Assembly: GCA_020536535.1 (NCBI GenBank)
Contig: JAHLWZ010000965.1
Coordinates: forward strand, 1 to 37,095
Direction of reading: 5' to 3'
Source: Pelomyxa schiedti
Taxonomy: Eukaryota > Protista > Evosea
DNA: 37,095 nucleotides
Under the pieces are notes generated by a model. The model did not search any database. It saw only the letters and a list, made by a program, of their open reading frames with translations, and had not been told where the DNA came from. Positions 33,233-37,095 of this stretch are shown here, one piece after another. Made by a program: the position numbers and the translations under genes. The number at the start of each line of letters is the position of its first letter. Positions within the stretch are counted from its first letter, which is position 1.

Positions 33233-33273
33233 ATTATCTTACTCGTTTTTTTCCCTTTGTTTGGAGTTACAAA

Positions 33274-36217
33274 TTAGATAGATGTACAGTTGCAGGCTGG
33301 GTTGCAAAAACACACAATACTACAGTCCGATAGTGTGGAGGGTATCAGACAGCTTCCTGTGACAAAGGTGCTGGATCCAGGAGGTAGTGCCTTGATGCTG
33401 CATGACTCTAGGGGGTTTCCATGGATGCGAACGGTAACAGCGGTGCTGTTGGTTGTGATCTGTTTTATGCGTGGGTGAGCTACAGTAAGGAACTTGCTGG
33501 TGTCTCCAATCAAGAACCAGCCGGATTGTAGAACGGGAGCTATCTTTGTATTTTGTTATGATAGGGGAGGGGGATGGTGGTGGGAGGTACCACATAGTAC
33601 TTAAAGTCCGTAACCTCGTCATCGTTAGCCATTTGCTCGATGATTAGAGGTCTTGTGTCGTTGAAGACGATAGGAGTATCAGGGGCATCAAAGTAATCAA
33701 CGGCAATACACTGTGTTCCTGCCAGAGCGAGTGATGAAGGATAAACGGAAACAGTCTCGGTAAGCTGAGCTGCAATGACATAGTTCCACACCATGTTACT
33801 ACTCTCAGATGACGTACTGGCAAGCTGGATAATTTCGGGTTCATTAAATTGAGAGAACACTCTGTGAACATGTTAAATGTTTGCTAAGTGAAGGAAAGAG
33901 TACGTGTTTAATGGAATCGCTGGACGATCAGGTTTGATTAAAGTACCATCTTTCATACAAGTCTTGGAAATCAAATCACTATCTGTCATTCCAATTTTAT
34001 CACCACTAGCGATAGGACCACAAGACAGAGCAGAAACTAGTGCATGTAAAACAGAGTTTGGCTCACGGCATTTGGTATAACTTTTGCTGATGTTAAATAC
34101 TGGGTGTGGTATCAGTAAAGCTCACGGGCAATCAGACTCAGTCTCTGAAGTCCAAAATGTATCTTTCACAGGTACAAGACCAAGGCACCACACTAAAAGG
34201 TTATTGAAAAAAACCTATTTTTTTTTTTAAGGTTGTACTAATTTGCAAGTGCACACCTTCCACTGCTCGTTTGAAGGTTGGTAATCAACACTAGTACGAG
34301 CTGCAGTAACAGCGAGAATTTCTGTACTGGCCAGCAGATGATTGGGAAGCGGTCTGCTATACTGAAAGAGGTGGGTTGTCAAGTAAGTGATTGTTTCTTT
34401 ACCTGAATGCTGAGGTACTTCTGCGAGGCAGCATTTCCCATATTTTTGAGCCAGTTGCTTGCAAAGGTTACTGTCTGTTGAGTAGCCTCCATTTGCAAGT
34501 ATGTGGTAGCAAGGTCATCCACTTTGTAAACAACAGCTCCCCATGAGGTTGCTTTAGTGAAGAGGTAGTCATACCTTTGTAAGTTTTTTCAAAGTTAGTC
34601 CAAATGTTGGAAACAGGATGCACAACAAATCTTGGTTGTTTGGTAGAGAGCATGTACTCTCAATCGTGAAAGAGAAATTCTTGGCATATGCATTATCAGA
34701 ACTGAAGCATCTGATAGGAGTGAGAAGTTCCATTGCCGGAAGTGTTGTGGTTTTCTACTCACGATGTTTGAAGGATGAACGAGGAGTTGCCCATATTGTT
34801 AGCAACATAACGGAAACCGTTAGGAAAAACATCCGCTCGAGGTTCCCTATTTGTTATTTGAACTGTAGTGCAAGGAGGTTCAAAAGTTTTACCATAATTT
34901 TACAGCTGTGCCAGTGGTTGTGTACCACCATCTATCAAACTATTGATATGTAAGAGGGATGTTAAATAGAAAGTAAAAACATACTTGATACACTTTTGAG
35001 CAGTACTGTGATTGTTCATTATATAAATCTATCATTGTATCCTGGTAAGTTTTGGAGGGTTCCGTTTGAAAATAGTAGTAGGCCCCACTGTTTGCAGTGA
35101 GACTAAGTTTGGAGTTGCGGTGGATACTTGTCAGTGTTATAATGCAACTGTTGTGCAGTTAAATCTGTGAATCAGTTAGCGCTTTCTTTCAGTGCAGGTA
35201 ATTACCAGTGCTTGAACTTCTGTACTTTGACGAGAGTGTAAGGAGGTGTGATCCCCAGTCATACATGGCTTGTGTGACCCCAACATCAAATACAATCACT
35301 GTAGAATGTACGAATCCACTTGGAAGTGATTGCACTTTCCCCTGAATGCCACATGCAAGAGCCTCTTCGAGTGTACTGGATCTGTTAACGACCATTACAC
35401 AAGTTTACTTCTGTACAAAGGAAACATTATTTGAGAGCCAATCATAAAATTCTTCATTGGAGATATTACAAGGGTGGCCATATTTTGATCATAAAGGCAA
35501 AGAGGAACACCACCAGAAACCCCTCCCTGTTAGGTTGTTATTGTTGGATTTTATGTAACTGCAGGAACACACGACAAACTTAGTGACATCCCATTGTCCC
35601 AGAAGTGGAACAGCAAATTCCCCATAATAGGTAAGGAAATTGACAGTGTTCTTTACATAGAAAGACGGAAATGCGGAGACTATGTCCGTATTATCATTTA
35701 GAGATGTGTCTGAAGCCCCATTGGGGAACTCCTGGTCCAAAACCACCATCTCGTAGTCAGTGTAGCTGAGTGATTTAGTAAGGGGGTTGTTTGTTTTGTT
35801 TGTGTGGTGTGTTGTACCTCTTGAAAGAGAGGACCATTAAAACATTGGGGTCCAAAATTGATTGATAGGTATGCTTGATGATTGTATAGGAGCCAAAGAC
35901 ATCACTTTCCGTAGTTGCACTATCGAGAATATGATAAGATGGTCATATGTTGTATATATAACTGAGTTTGTTTGGACTCACTTTTCTACAGTAATAAGTT
36001 GCAGTGTGGCTGCTGACGTGGATGCCCAGACACCACCAGCGTGTATAGCCGTTGGGCCACTTTGCAGCCACGTCACAGAGTCAACAAGTATTTTGTATGT
36101 AGCGTCCTCGTTAACTACGAGACTCATTCTATGTGTAATACAAACAACGTTCCCGCATAGCAGTCCAGTAATTACAACCACCAAAGCCAAGATCTCCACT
36201 CGGCTTGTGGGCCACAT
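33274..36217 (-). CDS. Secreted glycoside hydrolase-like protein (clan GH-D, GH27/GH36 raffinose-synthase-related TIM barrel)
   Basis: Signal peptide MWPTSRVEILALVVVITGLLCG, then TDNGAYYY, FDRWWY, DVFPNG, VYKVDD, WLKNMGNAA, ARTSVDY, PVKDTFW and CGPIASGDKIG...DGTLIKPDRP. Many GT-AG introns. Confidence 0.7.
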
Positions 36218-36492
36218 TTCACAACACAGTCACCTGCTGTTTTGTTTTTTTTAATTTGTGTTGCAGAGTTTTCTCGTTCGTTCCGTTCTGGCCCCGGCAG
36301 ATCTCCATAAAACCCCAAAAAATGGCGAACAATCGTCGACTTTCTCCACCCGACAGGACACACGAGCAGGGAACTCCTGTCATTTGTGGCGTTATTCCCC
36401 TGCCGTCCTCGGGGAGAACCAAAGAGTTCTTCAGAAAGAGAAACATGCTGCGGATCTTTGAGCTGATCAGATCGGAAATTTAATTCTGTGGC

Positions 36493-37095
36493 ATGGAGTA
36501 CAACGAGGCCGTAGAGGACGGCAACAAGTCACTTGTTGATGCTGTGTGGGAATTTGTTGACGCGGTAGATTGGAGGGAATCTTGGATACAACTCCTTGTT
36601 GTGTTTCATGTCTTGGTGTTGGTGCTCGTTGTTATTACAAGAAGGAGCACACCGTGGCAGTGCGCGCTTTTCCTGATTACTTGTTGTTTTTGTTTTCTTT
36701 TTTTTTTGTGTGTGTTTGGTGCTGTTCTTCCTCCGCTTTTGCAGTTCTTTTTTCCCCCTAGCACTGGTGGAACTATGTGAAATCTAATGAAGAGAAAGGT
36801 GTGATGGCGGCTCTGGCACAACCAATCAATGCTCTCGCGCAGGAATACTGGGAAGCTTTCACCTCGTACAACTACTTTGATAGATCCGGCTTCTTCATTT
36901 CAATGACATTCACGGCTCCGCTGCTAATCTGCTGCTTCATTTGCGTGGTATCCCCCCTTTCCTTCCATCCATTATTATAAAACCTAACACCCTCTCCAAC
37001 ACAAACAGTGCAATCTTCTCCTCATTGCTGCTCGGATGCTCATTACCGTAAAACGGGCCCAATTCCAGGAAGAAAGAAGAAGAAAGCAACAAGAA
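36493..37095 (+). CDS. TMEM18: Transmembrane protein 18 family (3'-truncated by window)
   Basis: AVDWRESWIQLLVVFH, AQPINALAQEYWEAFTSYNYFDRSGFFIS..APLL, LITVKRAQF and a basic C-terminus. Confidence 0.88.

Noticed and set aside
36322-36483. Short plus-strand ORF (MANNRRLSPP...) just upstream of TMEM18
   Set aside because: About 53 codons in a divergent promoter region with no motif. It could be a uORF, but I cannot support that.
1-37095. Mobile elements, rRNA/tRNA genes, prokaryotic operons or an alternative genetic code
   Set aside because: No transposase, RT or integrase motifs, terminal repeats or structural RNA signatures were seen. Apparent in-frame stops are explained by short introns, and TAA, TAG and TGA all serve as stops.

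Overview
This is a gene-dense eukaryotic (protist-like, possibly amoebozoan; taxon is inference only) window with about 19 protein-coding genes. Most are broken by short introns (mostly ~40-130 nt), and intergenic gaps are often only 40-260 bp, so the raw ORF track fragments the real genes. I assembled exon chains by eye from splice sites and frame continuity. In order: a 5'-truncated B-box/coiled-coil + degenerate eIF4A-like helicase fusion, Ubc4-like E2, AAR2, a small membrane protein, a RING protein, a YjjX-like ITP/XTPase, DDRGK1, two hypotheticals, a vWA protein, CTC1-like, a Zn-finger/F-box/MATH-like protein, a SAM-like/vWA/E2 fusion, a RhoBTB (RacA-type) GTPase with a complete U-box inside its split first BTB domain and a CAAX tail, a polytopic membrane protein, a membrane-anchored PIMT, a RhaT-like sugar symporter, a secreted clan GH-D-like glycosidase and TMEM18 (3'-truncated). 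The best candidate for an undescribed system is the head-to-head pair vWA-E2 <- 256 bp -> Rho-BTB[U-box]-BTB-CAAX, a possible co-regulated, GTPase-switched, membrane-anchored E2/E3 module. Other notable items are the TRIM-like pseudo-eIF4A fusion, three GC-AG introns, and bacterial-type genes (yjjX-like, rhaT-like) carrying introns. No rRNA, tRNA, CRISPR array or transposase was recognised. All family assignments come from motif recognition, not database searches.
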